Source: Marsupella aquatica
Taxonomy: Eukaryota > Plantae > Marchantiophyta
Assembly: GCA_973895155.1 (NCBI GenBank)
Contig: OZ316893.1
Span: 11,103,660 to 11,167,659, forward strand
Length of the DNA stretch: 64,000 nucleotides
Direction: 5' to 3'
In this document: piece after piece, positions 25,003 to 37,662 of the stretch
Position numbering within the stretch: position 1 is the stretch's first letter
Layout of the letters: every line of letters starts with the position of its first letter
Translations under genes and position numbers: made by a program
The notes under the pieces: model-generated
Databases searched by the model: none
The model's input: only the letters and a program-made list of their open reading frames with translations
Told to the model about the DNA's origin: nothing

Positions 25003-25054
25003 GAAGCGATAGAGGCAATGCAAGCGATAGAGGCAATGCAAGCGATAGAGGCAA
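25003..25054. repeat. 18-bp tandem repeat (~3 copies)
   Basis: AAGCGATAGAGGCAATGC repeated. Confidence 0.85.
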
Positions 25055-25260
25055 CCAGATACCAATGTCAACCAATTGAAAGCGGAATGACAGTAACAGT
25101 CGACCTCGACAATCTACCTCCTCTCCAAACTTTCCCTGGAACTTGCGTCAGCAATAGTCTCCTGGCCTCCAGACTCTACCTAGCCTCGATCCTCTCCAAT
25201 GTCACGGCAGCACACAACATTCAAATGATCCTCTCCTAAGTTGCGGCACACAGCGCAGCC

Positions 25261-25476
25261 CTCCCGATTGTCACAAACTTGAACGATCCTCCAAAGTCAC
25301 GGCAGCAGACCTCCCGATTGTCACAAACTTGAACGATCCTCCAAAGTCACGGCAGCAGACCTCCTGATTGTCACAAACTTGAACGATCCTCCAAAGTCAC
25401 GGCAATAGACCTCCCGATTGTCACACAGTTGAACGATCCTCCAAAGTCGCGGCAGCAGACCTCCCGTTTGTCACAA
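25261..25476. repeat. 50-bp minisatellite, 4.3 copies, subterminal in the transposon
   Basis: CTCCCGATTGTCACAAACTTGAACGATCCTCCAAAGTCACGGCAGCAGAC starting at 25261, 25311, 25361, 25411 and 25461 (partial). Confidence 0.95.
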
Positions 25477-26342
25477 AGAAAATGAACATTGAGTTTGAAA
25501 CTCAATGTTTGCGCGTGCTCCCTGTTTCATCGATCCACCCTTGGGCCCACAATCCCCGTCCCTAAAGCCGCCACCCGGGCCATTTTTGACCATTGGATCT
25601 TCAACCCTAAATATCAATGGCCCTTGCAAACCCCGAGTGGCATCATGGGTCCCCCTAGGTTCCCGTAACCCACTTTAGACCCCGTCCCAATAAACCCAAC
25701 ATAAGTCCTTCACAATATAGTTTTTGGACAGAAGTTTGCGGTTACAATAGGGCAAATATTAAAACATTGATGTTGCAGAAAAAATGGATATTTGCCATGT
25801 AAAAACACGTGTCCCAATTACATGGAGACACATGGTCCAATATAAACATGACGCGTGTCGCATATACATATGGCAGTAAAACCCCTAACTTATATGGACA
25901 TCTTCCATGGAATATGTCCCAATTAAAAAATGCCTATTGTGCTTTAAAGTGGCCCAACAATTAAAACGGGCCCTATTGTTCTTCCACCAAACTTCCGAAG
26001 TCTTCCGCCGAACTCAATTAAATGGCCCTATACTTCGTCGCACATGATGTGTCACTTCCATGGAAGTGACCCCCCCGAGGTTGAGCCCAACGCACCTCGC
26101 ACTCCAAGGAATCCACGTTACATACCCGGTTACGTATACATGAAACTGGCCAGCCACACCATAGCCGCCAGAGCTCATGCTCAAAGGCTCAACATCGAAG
26201 AAGTGAGACCTTTGAGCCACAACAAAGGGATAACTATTCCTCACAAACATAACCTGAACCCTATCGGCTCATATAGCACACATATGAGACATATAAACCT
26301 AGATAGCACAATACACTCTAACACTACCTAGAATGATGTGAC

Positions 26343-26415
26343 AGGGCCAAGGCAGGATTCAAACCCAGGATCTCTCAGACTCAAATGAGTGCAGCTACCA
26401 CTCAGCCTGTGGCCA
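26343..26415 (-). pseudogene. tRNA-derived remnant / SINE head
   Basis: Minus strand GGCCACAGGCTGAGTGGTAGC...GGGTTTGAATCCTGCCTTGGCC: A/B boxes present, cloverleaf imperfect. Confidence 0.5.
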
Positions 26416-26637
26416 GTTCATGGCAACAAATGCTCGTGTTAGGTGTTTAACTAAACAAACATTTCCTATAGTTCTAGGCAACGGGCAACACTTACGGGAC
26501 AATTAATGCTAATCTGCATTAATTGTCCTCGAGATTGCTTTTCATGCTTAATGTTGGGTGGCCTTTTGTACATATGCTTATGACTGTATACTTCTCACCA
26601 CATGTCTCAAAATGAGATTTAAAATACCCTAATTTTT

Positions 26638-26780
26638 GCCCAGAGAGGCATGACTTTGTGGTAGCTCACTTGAGAAGAGATTGATAGGTCTTGGGTTCAA
26701 TTATTGTGGCTGACTTTTCCCTTTATGTGGCATTTCACAGATTTCCCCTTAAAATGAATAAAAATAAATAAATAAAATAA
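26638..26780 (+). mobile_element. tRNA-derived SINE
   Basis: Similar to 9377-9516; A-rich tail; flanked by direct repeat AAAATACCCTAATTT (TSD). Confidence 0.8.
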
Positions 26781-26856
26781 AATACCCTAATTTCTTTGAC
26801 AATCTTTTAAAAAGTGTTCCTTTAGAACCCTACACTTTGTTGCATGTGATGTGTCA

Positions 26857-27147
26857 TTTGGGGATTTCACTTCCACAAAAATGACACATCACGTGCGACG
26901 AAATATAAGGTCATTTTATTGGTTTAAAGGGAAGACTTAAGAATTTTTTGAGAAGAACAATAGGGTATTTTAAATCAAATTTTGAGACTTATAAGAACAT
27001 TAGGGTCTTTATATAACCAAATTGAATATTCTAAGAATATTCCAACTTTATAGGGGTTGAAACATTTTTTTTCTTACATTTTAGGGCGTTTGAGGCCTAA
27101 AAATGTCGCAGGTGATGAGGAGGCATCCATATAGTGAGACCTCCAAG
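26857..27147. mobile_element. MITE of the P-like family nested in the terminus of an older MITE fragment
   Basis: Highly similar to 2022-2317 along its length; flanking TGTCATTT duplication; the host fragment continues to a decayed TIR at ~27174. Confidence 0.85.
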
Positions 27148-27889
27148 TGTCATTTTGCTGAGTTGAGACTCTGAGCATTGACCTTGCCCACACTGCCCTC
27201 ATACAAGCCCTCCATTGTTCACCATTCCATTCAATGATTGCTGAGCCATGCCTTGACTCAACATTTAAAATCTTATGACAAATCTCAAATAAGTTCTTTC
27301 TCGTGTAGCATCACCTTTTTTTTCTTCCCAAACACGAGCCCAAACACATTCACCAAATTGTGTTCACTTTGCAATATAATTTATGAGGGACATTGCAATT
27401 TTGGGGTGGCCTTAAGCTTTCAGCAGGTGCTTGCTGGTTCAAGAAAGTGTGAGGTCCATCTTACTTGACATTTCACAATTGTTTATGAGGTGTTGGGTTG
27501 GGGTTCTACAATCTTGTCTACAATGGAGGGCTGCACCTTATAAGAACCATTACATGAACATTAGTCTCATAAAGGGTCGATCTAAATTTTAGCTAAATTA
27601 CCACAATTTGCATTATTTGGTGGAAAATGTTTCAAGTGCCCAGGAAGCAATGATTACCACACTGATAACTTGCAAACATCTATTTTTACTTGCCTCCAGA
27701 CTTTAGTGAGTGGCAGGTAAGTTTCCCCAGCCAAAAGGTTTTCTCAATCTACGTTTTCCCCATATCTCATTTGGTATGGGACTTAGCCAAAACATGTGTT
27801 TCCAGGCTATTTCAAGAAGCATCTAGCTTCGTAAGACGTTTCTCAGACAGCCATGTTTGGAATGTAGTTTCCAGAATATTTCTGGTGTT

Positions 27890-29215
27890 ACCTTGTGCCA
27901 GAGCCTACTCAGGTTACTTTCTCTTATTTAGATTTTTGCTTTGAATTTATTTTAGACAATGTGCATCCTTTGTATTTTTGGACTTTGAAATTATTTTTAC
28001 CTCCTCTTAATGTTTTGTTTTCTTATTAGAGACCCCCTCTTTAGGTCTATTCTTTTTTCCCACTTTTTCCCATCCTTTGTAAGAATATATTTTCCAATCC
28101 TTACGTTCAAGTCATAAATTTTTCATACAGCAAAGATACTTAGACCCTAAGCTATCTCTTCCAAAGAGTGACTGAATCCAAGGGGTGTGAGAAACCAACA
28201 TTCGCCAACCCCTCCTCTCTTAGCTACAGCTCAGAACATTGTTTCTTCAGTTTATGGCTTTGAGTGACTTACATGTGCCCAGCCTAAGTCATTATGAGAA
28301 AACATGTCTGGCCCACCATTCTATTGCATGAGATTCACTATTATTGTTTGGGAGCCAAAAAGTTGTCTACTAGGAAAATGACTTGTATGGGGAGAGAAGT
28401 GGGGCCAATACTTTGTAAAGGAGTCAGCATTGAGTCACAAGTACCAAGTCACCCAAAACTAATTATTCTTGTTTTAAAGGAGCACTAAAAAATTCATCCA
28501 AACCCTTTTAATTATGATTCACAACATGATGAGAAGCCTTTTGAGTGGGAAACACTACAAGACCAGCTATCTTACTTTGTTTTTGGGGATCTCACACTTT
28601 TACGTATGTTGAAGAAGAGTTTTCTCGTTCAAAGTTACCTTGTTGAGGAGCCTACTGAGGTTGGTTTGTCGTATTAAGTATTGCTACGTATCTTTGTTTT
28701 AAATTATTTTAGACAAGGTGCATCTTTTGTATTATTGGGACATTGACATTATTTCTGCCTCCATCTTAGTGGTTTCAATTTTCTTTTTTGAGAGTCCTCT
28801 TTTTGAAATGGATTCACAATAGGTTAGAAGCTAAATAGTTGTTTGCTAGAAGAGGTCAACCCTTTGTAAAGGAATAAGCAGTGAGGAGAACAGACTTTGT
28901 AAAGGAATCAACATTGAGGCACAATTAACAAATCACCCAAAACTAATCTATTCTTGCTTTACTCCTGTTAACAAAATGAATCCAAACTCTAAAATGTACT
29001 GATTAATCATTTTTCTTAACATGTGAATCCTTATGAGCTGGAACCACTACAATTTTCTGGTTAGGTGTTTGTCCTCTTTGGCATTTTTGTTTTCCTTTCA
29101 TTGTACTTTGTTTTTCCTGATTTATAAACTCTGATGCGCTTTTAAACTACAAGACCAACTATTTAGCTTTCTTTTTGAGATCCTCACTTTTAGGTATACT
29201 GAAGAATTATTTCCT
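27890..29215. repeat. Local diverged segmental duplication
   Basis: 27940-28050 resembles 28700-28800; 28410-28600 resembles 28895-29210 (CTTTGTAAAGGA...CACCCAAAACTAAT, ACTACAAGACCA). Confidence 0.55.
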
Positions 29216-29819
29216 CACTTTATCTGGATACGATAGTTTGAAAAACTTTTTGTTAACATTAGGGGAAGATTGGAGCAACCCTACCACAAAGCTGTCGGCA
29301 TATTTTATGGGCGCCAAAAATCATCCCAGATATCAATTTTTTAACGGCCCTGGGACAAGATCCATGTAAACCAGCTGATCTGTATCGAGGTTTTTTTAGA
29401 TGTCAGTCACTTTGTCAGCTCAAGGTCTCGGAAAGCAGCTTTACCAGCTAAGGTAATCCACCAGAAAGTTGGTGTACTGGGGTCCTCATGCCTCATGATG
29501 TAGCTTTTCTGGGCTGCCGGCCATCCGCCCATCCCAAGACCCACTAGTAGTGTAGTTGCTAAGCATGCACGCAAGCAAGCAGGCCAACAATCGACCCACA
29601 TTCCCCAAAGATGCAGCAGCCAACAAATGTCTAACCTCGCGTAGGAGTTGCTGCTGGACCGCCTCGATCATGAAAAGCGAGTACTGTGTCACCTGATCAT
29701 AGAGAATGGCTTGCATCACCAGGCTAATAGTTAAAAGTGATGGCTGCCGAAAATATGAATGACCCTGGGCCCCAGATTGAAGACGGAGTTACACACAAAG
29801 TAGGACGACATACCGTGCT

Positions 29820-31030
29820 TTATTCTGTTTGATTGATGGAGTGTAATTAATTCTCCTAAAATCTTTCGAGCCAAAGCAGAATGTTCTACGAACGATCCAT
29901 GTCCCACTTGCAAACCAGTTATGACAGTAGATGAGAATCATTATTAGCTTATCACTCTCTGTAATTCAGTGGTAGCTCCTATCTCTTATTTTTCCCTCTT
30001 TCCAGGTTTTTGGGTTTGCATTTGCCCTCTGGATTTCTTGTGCTTTTAACTCCATTGTACTTAAATTGGTCCTTTTTAGTGAGTTGGTCCTTTTACTCTA
30101 TGAACGATCGAAGGAAAGAATGAACAAGGGGACGAATGTGTCTAGCAAAGAGAAAACCTGGAAACCTAGAATTCTGCAAATGCTTCGTTCTGTTTCATTC
30201 ATGCAATGTAATTAATTCTGTGAGAAGTTTTAGGGTTTAGTTTGTGGTTTAGTTTCGAGCCAAAACAGAATGTTCTATGAGCGATTGATGGAATGAATGA
30301 ACAAGGGACCGATTACGTCTAGAGAAGAGAAGACATGGAAAACGTCTAGAGAAGGCTCCAAATTAATCTGTTTGACTTAATTAATTCTGTTCAATCTTTC
30401 GAGGCAAAACAGAACGCTCTACGAACGGCCATGGAATGAATAAACAAGGGAACGAATCCGTCTAGAGAATGGAAAACGTCTAGAGAATGCCGCACATGCC
30501 TTCTTCTGTTTGTTTCATGGAATGCAAATAATTCTGTGAAATCTTTCGAGCCAAAACAGAATGTATTATGAACGATCGATGGAATGAATGAACAAGGGGA
30601 CGAATAAGTCTAGAGAAGAGAAGAGCAGACTTGGAAAATATCTAGAGAATAGTACAAACACTTTCCTTGTGTGATTCATGGAATGCAATTAATTCTATGA
30701 AATTTTTCGAGCCAAAATAGAATGGTCTATGAACGACCGATGGAATGAATGAATAAGAGAACGAATGCGTATAGAGAGACATGGAACGCGTCTAGATCGA
30801 GAAGAGAAGAGCAGACATGGAAACTGTCTAGAGAACGGTGCAAACGTCTAGAGAATGGTAGCAAATAATGATGATGGTAGAGAAATGCTCCCCGCTAATA
30901 CTTTAAACAAATGATGGAGAAACCATGAGTGACAGATGGAATGCAAGGACAAGGGAGCGAATAGTTAATTCTTAAGGACAAGTCATAAAATAAGACAAGA
31001 GAAGACATGGAAAAGGTCTAGGGAATGGTG
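29820..31030. repeat. Diverged ~150-bp satellite-like tandem repeat (~6 units)
   Basis: Recurrent TTCGAGCCAAAACAGAATG...GAACGATCGATGGAATGAATGAACAAGGG...GTCTAGAGAA. Confidence 0.85.
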
Positions 31031-32759
31031 CAAAACAGGGACCCCAGATGGTGAATCCTAAAAGCTACTCTAAAGGACTATCCGGGACAGTGAGCTCCCC
31101 TCAATTTTTTTACGTGTGGGAGCCCTGCAAACAGCAGGAGATCGTTGCAGGACTTTGATGTATACAATACTATTTACAGAATTGATCACATGAACATACC
31201 AAACAGCTACATTAGCCAGAGAATCGAATTTAGCTTGCAGTTTGCCGAATTCTAAACATGACTGTGCTCCATGATTTATGCCATAGGGTAGCACTCAGGC
31301 TCGTGACTGTCACTCCAGTCTGCCAGTCTGTGTTTGCCGGTGATCTAAAAATCGAGATTCTTCTCACAAGGCAATGTGTCATATCGATATAACCCCAGCG
31401 AAAGTCTACTGTACTAGTCTAGATGAAATCGCCACGGGCAAACGTGTTCAAGCTGGGCTACTCTAGCTCTTCCACTGTCGGGTGCTTTCGATGGTCCTTC
31501 GAGAATTCAATGGAATCGATCGATCGATGTAGAAGCGCTTTCAATTCAGTAATTTTCTAAGCAGATGAGACTGCGAAAATCATTCAATGCGTGTCCTTTT
31601 CTCAAATTCAATTCTAACCCCCAACAATTCCACTCCAAATTCTGCTCCTGCATGTGACTGGGTAGGAGTGTAGGTTGTATGCCAAATCCCTTTGTTGTGC
31701 CGGTTATGTGTTATGTGCCACCATGTGCTTGTGTTAATTGCAGGAATTCTATAAAAACATTCAAGAAATATAACCCGATGCCTTTCCTTTGCCTGCATGC
31801 AGCTTGCTCAAGGGTGGTTTCCCTAAAACCCAACAACGTCCCTGAAGCTTACAACATAGTACATTTTTTGTTTTGCTTTTCTCAAGGACTTTTTTCAATC
31901 TAATCACTGTAACGGACTACCAGGTTTTAGTTCGAATACACTGGCCGATAAAAGGCGTATTTTTTGGGAAAATCAAGTTCTGTATCTAATAAATACAATT
32001 GTAATTCTAGTTACTAGCTGCTGGAAATGGAGGAACACCTTTTAGTTGTCTTGTCTTTTTCATGTTGCTTGTCATGTATTTTTATATGCATTTGATTTAG
32101 TCTAGGATTTTGTTTTGTATTATTTCAAATTTAGTAATTTCTTCTAACCCCCTTAATTTTTTAAATGGCCTAGTTTCAATCAGGTACTTTAGAGTAAACG
32201 TTGTCTTTTCAAGTCTCTACTTTTCTCTGCTCAATTAGTCCCTATGTCTGAGGAGAGACACTCCACCAGGCTCAACCGGGCAACCAGAACTCAACGGAGG
32301 GGATGTACTGTAGCTTATATCCCCATTGGTTTAACTTTACAATAAGTATGGTTTATACATCAATAAGTGTCACCTGAATAAAGAGCCCCTAAAAATACAG
32401 CTCAAATTAAAGGTTAAAAAGTTCACTTATTTCTCTTTCAAGGAATATTGTACCCACAGTACAATAGTTAAACACAGTGTACAATAGTTAATGTAATTGT
32501 CTTTTTCAAAGTGAGAAAGTACTCTACCTCTGGTTGAAAGAGAATCACTACAAGACAAATAAGCAAGCATGTTCCAATATGAGTATGCTATATAGTTGCT
32601 ACAATAAGTTACAGTTCTTTCACCGACTACTTTAGATTTTTGGATGGAGAGCAAATTTACTCCCTGTTTTATTTCCGGTTTCCTTGGACTCACCAGTTAA
32701 ATGACCCTCACTTATAAGCCATAGTTAGGACTAGGGTATGATTCTATGATGACTTTAAT

Positions 32760-34331
32760 CTGTAAAGAGTCATTCTTATGACGCTAAGTCATAAGTTTTG
32801 CCACTCAAATCCAAGTGGGGTTCCTGTAGTTTATAATCAACCTCACTAGCGCGCGGTGAAATTGATTGGATGTCATAACTTTGGCACCACTAGTTGTGAA
32901 GTCCACTCTGCCTAAGTGCACCCTCCATTAGTGCAAATTCTGGCTTATTGCTTCCATTTTCACAAAAGTTTTGCAAGTTTATAAAGTCTTTCAATGTGTC
33001 CACTTGACAAATAACTACAAGTGTGCAATCTATATAAGAGTGCACATGTGTGTTGATAAGATTTGTTACATTGTTCATTATCAAAAACTGTCAAATGCAT
33101 TTTTTGTATATTGTTGCACTTATGCAGTAGGCTACATAGTTTTAACGCAGGCATTGTATAGTTCAGGGAGGCATGAGTATCATGCGACATTTCAAGAAGT
33201 GCAAGATCATCAATGTTGCTCATGTCAATACTGCAAACCAAGAGGATCCAAGCAAGATTGTCAGTGTTGCACTTATCTCATAGTGCAAACTTGGTTTAAG
33301 TGTTTGCCACCAGCTCCTTCCCTCGACAGTGCACTAAGAGCAAGTAGACTGTATTGCAAATTGTTTGCGGGGCTTTCTTCTAGAGCACTGTTAGTACTGG
33401 AACCCAAGACAAAAAGATTGGAACAAGCTATATTAATCAAAGAGATGTTCAGAACCAGTCCAAGATTATAGCATGTCAAGCCTTTTTTTTTGTCTTGTAG
33501 TGATATGTAATTCATCCAATTTATATATGATAAAAGAAGAGAGTATATGTAAAGTACATGCCAAGAAAATAATATCTGTTAATTAAGAGTAAGTGAAATA
33601 ATACACAAAACTATAAATACACATGCAAAGAAAAGCACATAATAAAGTTATCCTTAATGTAAGGGGCCAAACTGAGGGCCAGATTCACTATTTGGTCTTT
33701 TCAGTGTGTTTCATTAAACTCCAAAAGTTCCCTTGTAGCAACCCAGTTTAGTAAATAAGCAGGTGAGTTAAGCAATGATGGAGAGCAGCAGCTCGCAGCA
33801 AGGCACAAATTGGAGAGAGCAGCTCACAGCAATGATGGCTGGCAGCAGCTCGCAGCAAAGGCAGCGCAGCAAGGCAGCAATCGAGTTAGCAAGGCAGCAA
33901 TCGAGGCAGTGAAGCAGCGAGGCAGCAGCAAGGCAGCAAAGGCAGCGATAGAGATGCAAATGTTGGGATCCAGCAGCGAGGCAGCAAGGCAGCGAAGGCA
34001 GCAATTGAGAGAAAATGTTGGGATCCAGCAGCTCACAGCAATGGAGGGCCTGGTAGCGATGGAGACGAAATTGGCAGTGCGGCAGCGATGGAGACAAATT
34101 GAATCGGGCATGGGGCAATGAAGGAGGAAACAGTCGGGGCTGGGGCAAAAAAGAAAGACATCGGGCCTTGGCCTAACTCGTGGTGAGAAAGGCCTGACAC
34201 TATTGAGCAGACAAAAAACATGTTTCACCCTGTTTCTCACCCCCGAGTACTTAAATTTTTGAGTTCAACTAACTCACCGAGTAATTTGCAATAAAGTCGG
34301 GACCAGTCACTCATAATAATGGACTTTACGG
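32760..34331. mobile_element. Possible degenerate TIR DNA-transposon derivative
   Basis: Imperfect inverted termini CTGTAAAGAGTCATTCTTATGA / TCATAATAATGGACTTTACGG; internal GCA-rich low-complexity tract 33770-34100. Confidence 0.35.
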
Positions 34332-35719
34332 ATACTTTAATGACCAGGAAAGTTCAAAGATACTCAAGACTTGTGAACATAAGGTACAAATTTTCACTTG
34401 ATTCTAGGTAATGACACTCAATTAAACCATATATAGCTTTTGTAAAGAAAATCACCAGGTGAACTTAGTACACCCAATGAACACATTGTTCAAAATCATT
34501 ACTCTCACTCTCATGAGAAAAGGAGAATTCACTGAGGAGCAGCCGTATTTTTTAAGTGTGAATTTTAGCCAAATTCCACCTCGCCAAAAAAGTTTTGCCA
34601 CTTTTGGCTAATATTTGCTACATTTTTCTGACACCATTAGCCACTCTTCCACCAAATTATAGGCCCCATTAGCCAGAATCTAAGGGCCCTCCTTAAATCT
34701 AGGGATATCTGACGGTCAACATTGAATTCAGTAAAACCTGGCAGAGAATATTCCTAGAATCTACTCCCATAGAGAAGCAAACATTCGCCACACTGGCTAA
34801 AAATAAAAAACCTTAAAAATACTGCTAAGGAGTGATTGAAAAGGAAAGAATAAACATTTATGACTGGAGCCAAAATAAATTCAAGATACTCTAAATTAAC
34901 TAAAATTAAAAGAGGTCCAAAAGTTAATTTAAATTATAATTAATACAAATATTTCACCTTGCTAAGGCACTTTAAAATAAAAATACAAATAAGACAAAAC
35001 ATGAAAGTCCGATTCACCATGGTGTCATGATTAAGACTTCAGATTGCTTTTCAATTCAATAAAGTTAATTGGAGGCTCACTGGCTGACTGACTTTGACTG
35101 GATCGGGTGAACTTTGGTCTCTGGTTGATTTTGTACTCACTTTTTGGAACGATTGCACATCAGGGGAAGAAGTGAGTGTGGCCCTTTCGCAGCATTGCAT
35201 TGACCTTGTCAGAGGGGTGGTCCCAACTCTCAATCTGGGTCACTCTATTAGGGGGCAAGAGAGCATAGGTATGGGGTAGCTTTCTTTTGCAGCCTTCAGC
35301 TCAATCTACTGAGTTTTCCATGCCCGAACCCCCTCCTGATGGCAGGCCTGACAGCATTATTTTGTTGTGGAGAAGCAAGTGCAAGGCAGGGGAAGTTTCG
35401 GTCCTTTGAGATCCTGACACCTGAAAATGTGATGTGAATAAAACATAAAGGTCCTGACACTTGAAAATGTTAAATAAAAGAAAAAGACACTGGATAATGC
35501 AGGGAGGCCAAAAGGCTTGTGCAGTGACACATTGCTCATGTGGACAGAAGATACTGTGGGCCATGGCCATTAGCTTTTTCCCCTCAGTGCTAAGGACCCA
35601 GTGTTGAGAGGGCAGCGTACATGCAAGACAGCCGTTTAGCCCGTCGACCTTGGAAATGAATAATACAATTGACATACAGACTGTAGAATGATTGTGAGAT
35701 GATTTTAAGGCATGACATT

Positions 35720-35960
35720 TTTTCTTTCTTTCCTGCTGTTTCTTCCATCCAGGCAGATGGGCTGGTGGGGCTCTTTCTTTCAGCCCCACCAGCCGAGCCC
35801 CACCAGCCCATCTGGGTGTGCTCCCTCTTCGAGCCCCCTTAATTGTTCGTTTGTTCCTTCTTTCTCCTGGCCCCTCGTTTGGCGAAGGTTGTACTCTTGG
35901 TTTCTTTGAATAAAGTTTCTCGGGCTGTGCCCCTTTCCCCGTTCAAAAGAAAAAAAAAAA
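35720..35960 (+). mobile_element. 5'-truncated non-LTR (LINE-like) 3' end
   Basis: AATAAA then poly(A) at ~35945-35960; flanking duplication AAGGCATGACAT / AAGGTATGACAT. Confidence 0.65.
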
Positions 35961-37662
35961 GGTATGACATCTTTGCATTGATGTGGAAATTAAGCTGAAC
36001 CAATCAAATTCCAAGTTTCGTGCATTCATAGATAGCTTTCCTTTCGTCTCCTATGGGCTTGGATGGGGCTTTCTCGGCAGTCTCCGTCGATATTTTAGTT
36101 TCTCCCTTCTTAGTAAAATATATCTCCCCATTCTTTCACTTCCCTCGACTGCGCTTCCGCTTGGACACCTTGTGCCTTTGGCAATTGTAATTTAAGTGCT
36201 GGAGCAGATGCTTAGTTCAAACCTTAGGAATGATTTTACTCAACAACCTCAGATACCAATGCTTATGCACAGGAAGGCTCCCCATTCCCAGACTCCAATG
36301 CCCATCCCTACTCACATGTATAGTCTAGTCTAATAAATGTCAAATTTTTCTATTACTAGAGATATAAGAACTTAACTATACTTACTCTACCAATCACTGA
36401 AGAACACACCTAGTTTAGATTTTCTAAACTTAGAGTTTATTCCTAAGAAAATCAGGTGGATTTCCTAAGCTTGGAGAGCGAATGACCATATAGATGACAT
36501 ATTGCCACATAGGAGCAGGTGGGGCTATTAGGGGTCCAACTACAAGGAAACGATGGTGCATTCCGTGGAATCACTGAGTATTCCAATTAGCCGTTCCACT
36601 AGTGGTTACCGCAGTGTTGGGTTGTTAAACCGCAATTTTGGACAAAATCATAGAGCAGAAGGACCGCTCTAGGAAACGATGTGAATTCATGGTTTTTTTG
36701 GCTGTTGTTGTTGTATCATTGGCCATGGATATTTAGAAATGATCCTCTTTGGGACAGAGTTCAACAGGCAGTGCTCAATATGACACAACAGCTCCGTCGT
36801 CAAATTGCCCATATTCTGATTAGGCCGCCCTTAAAACAGAGGTAAAAATGATCTGCTCCTGATTTCCTCGGGCGGAGGATTTGGAGGACTCATCGTCATT
36901 CAACATGGCTGCTGGCAGCTCCACGTTTCTGACACCAGCCACTGCAGATTCAGCTCATCGTGGTGTCCAAGATCCGGATTCATGCGCTTCTCCGCTGCCG
37001 GATGCCGAGCCAGTACTGGCTAGTGGTGTTTTGCTACCTTAAATCGACCGTCCTGTCGTGCGTGGGCCCATTGGCCCGATTGATTCAGATGGGAACTATA
37101 CTTTATATGTTCATGAGGTACTGACTATCTAATCTGCTCCTGATTTTGTCGGTTGGTTGGAGGGATCAGAGGACTATCATGAGCATGGCTGCATTTCCAC
37201 ATTTCTTAGTCTATTAGCTACAGACTCTGTAGAAGTAGATCTCGATTCACTCACTTTCCTGCATGCTCGAGGGGATGTTGCTGCAGAATCTATGCACGCC
37301 GTCGTTCTCAAGGCAGCTAGCTCTAGCTACGAGCACTGCCCGTCAATTTCCCTGCTGCACATGCCAGACCCAGCATAATTGTCGTGACGGGCTGGATAAC
37401 GGTAAACGTCATCCATCGGTTATTCTTTGGTTCGTCAGAGTAGTGATCGAGGGCAGCAGATTGACAGAGTGCTACGATGCAGATGTCCGAATGAGAAAAG
37501 CACGAGGTACTCAAAGACACGGATGTACCTCTGCCTTAAGTTGGTGGTGTACGGGTGCATCACACTTGGAAGATTCATACTATAATATGGCATTTGTGGA
37601 GGAAATGTCTGGACGAAATGTCTGCGGGTGTTATCTAGCGGAATAAATACTATCTAGCTGAA

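Larger units (their letters stand above)
15404..26079 (-). mobile_element. 10.7-kb P-element-superfamily-like DNA transposon with accessory genes
   Basis: Perfect 15-bp TIR CTCGGGGGGGTCACT/AGTGACCCCCCCGAG; perfect 8-bp TSD GTTGAGCC (15396-15403, 26080-26087); subterminal ACATCA(C/T)GTGCGACG at both ends; internal DDE transposase. Confidence 0.93.

Noticed and set aside
25261-25476. 50-bp array as a CRISPR array
   Set aside because: Units are head-to-tail with no unique spacers; eukaryotic context; no cas genes
15404-26079. hAT, Mutator, CACTA or Helitron assignment
   Set aside because: The 8-bp TSD fits hAT, but no hAT CxxH, RW or C-terminal dimerisation motifs were seen; TIRs are short, there is no CACTA end and no Rep/helicase; DxxH and flanking motifs fit P type
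29407-31903. Coding-like short ORFs (29407-29719, 31580-31798)
   Set aside because: Could not assign a family or build a gene model from sequence alone
33768-34240. Overlapping Cys/Ala/Leu-rich ORFs
   Set aside because: Produced by GCA-rich low-complexity repeats
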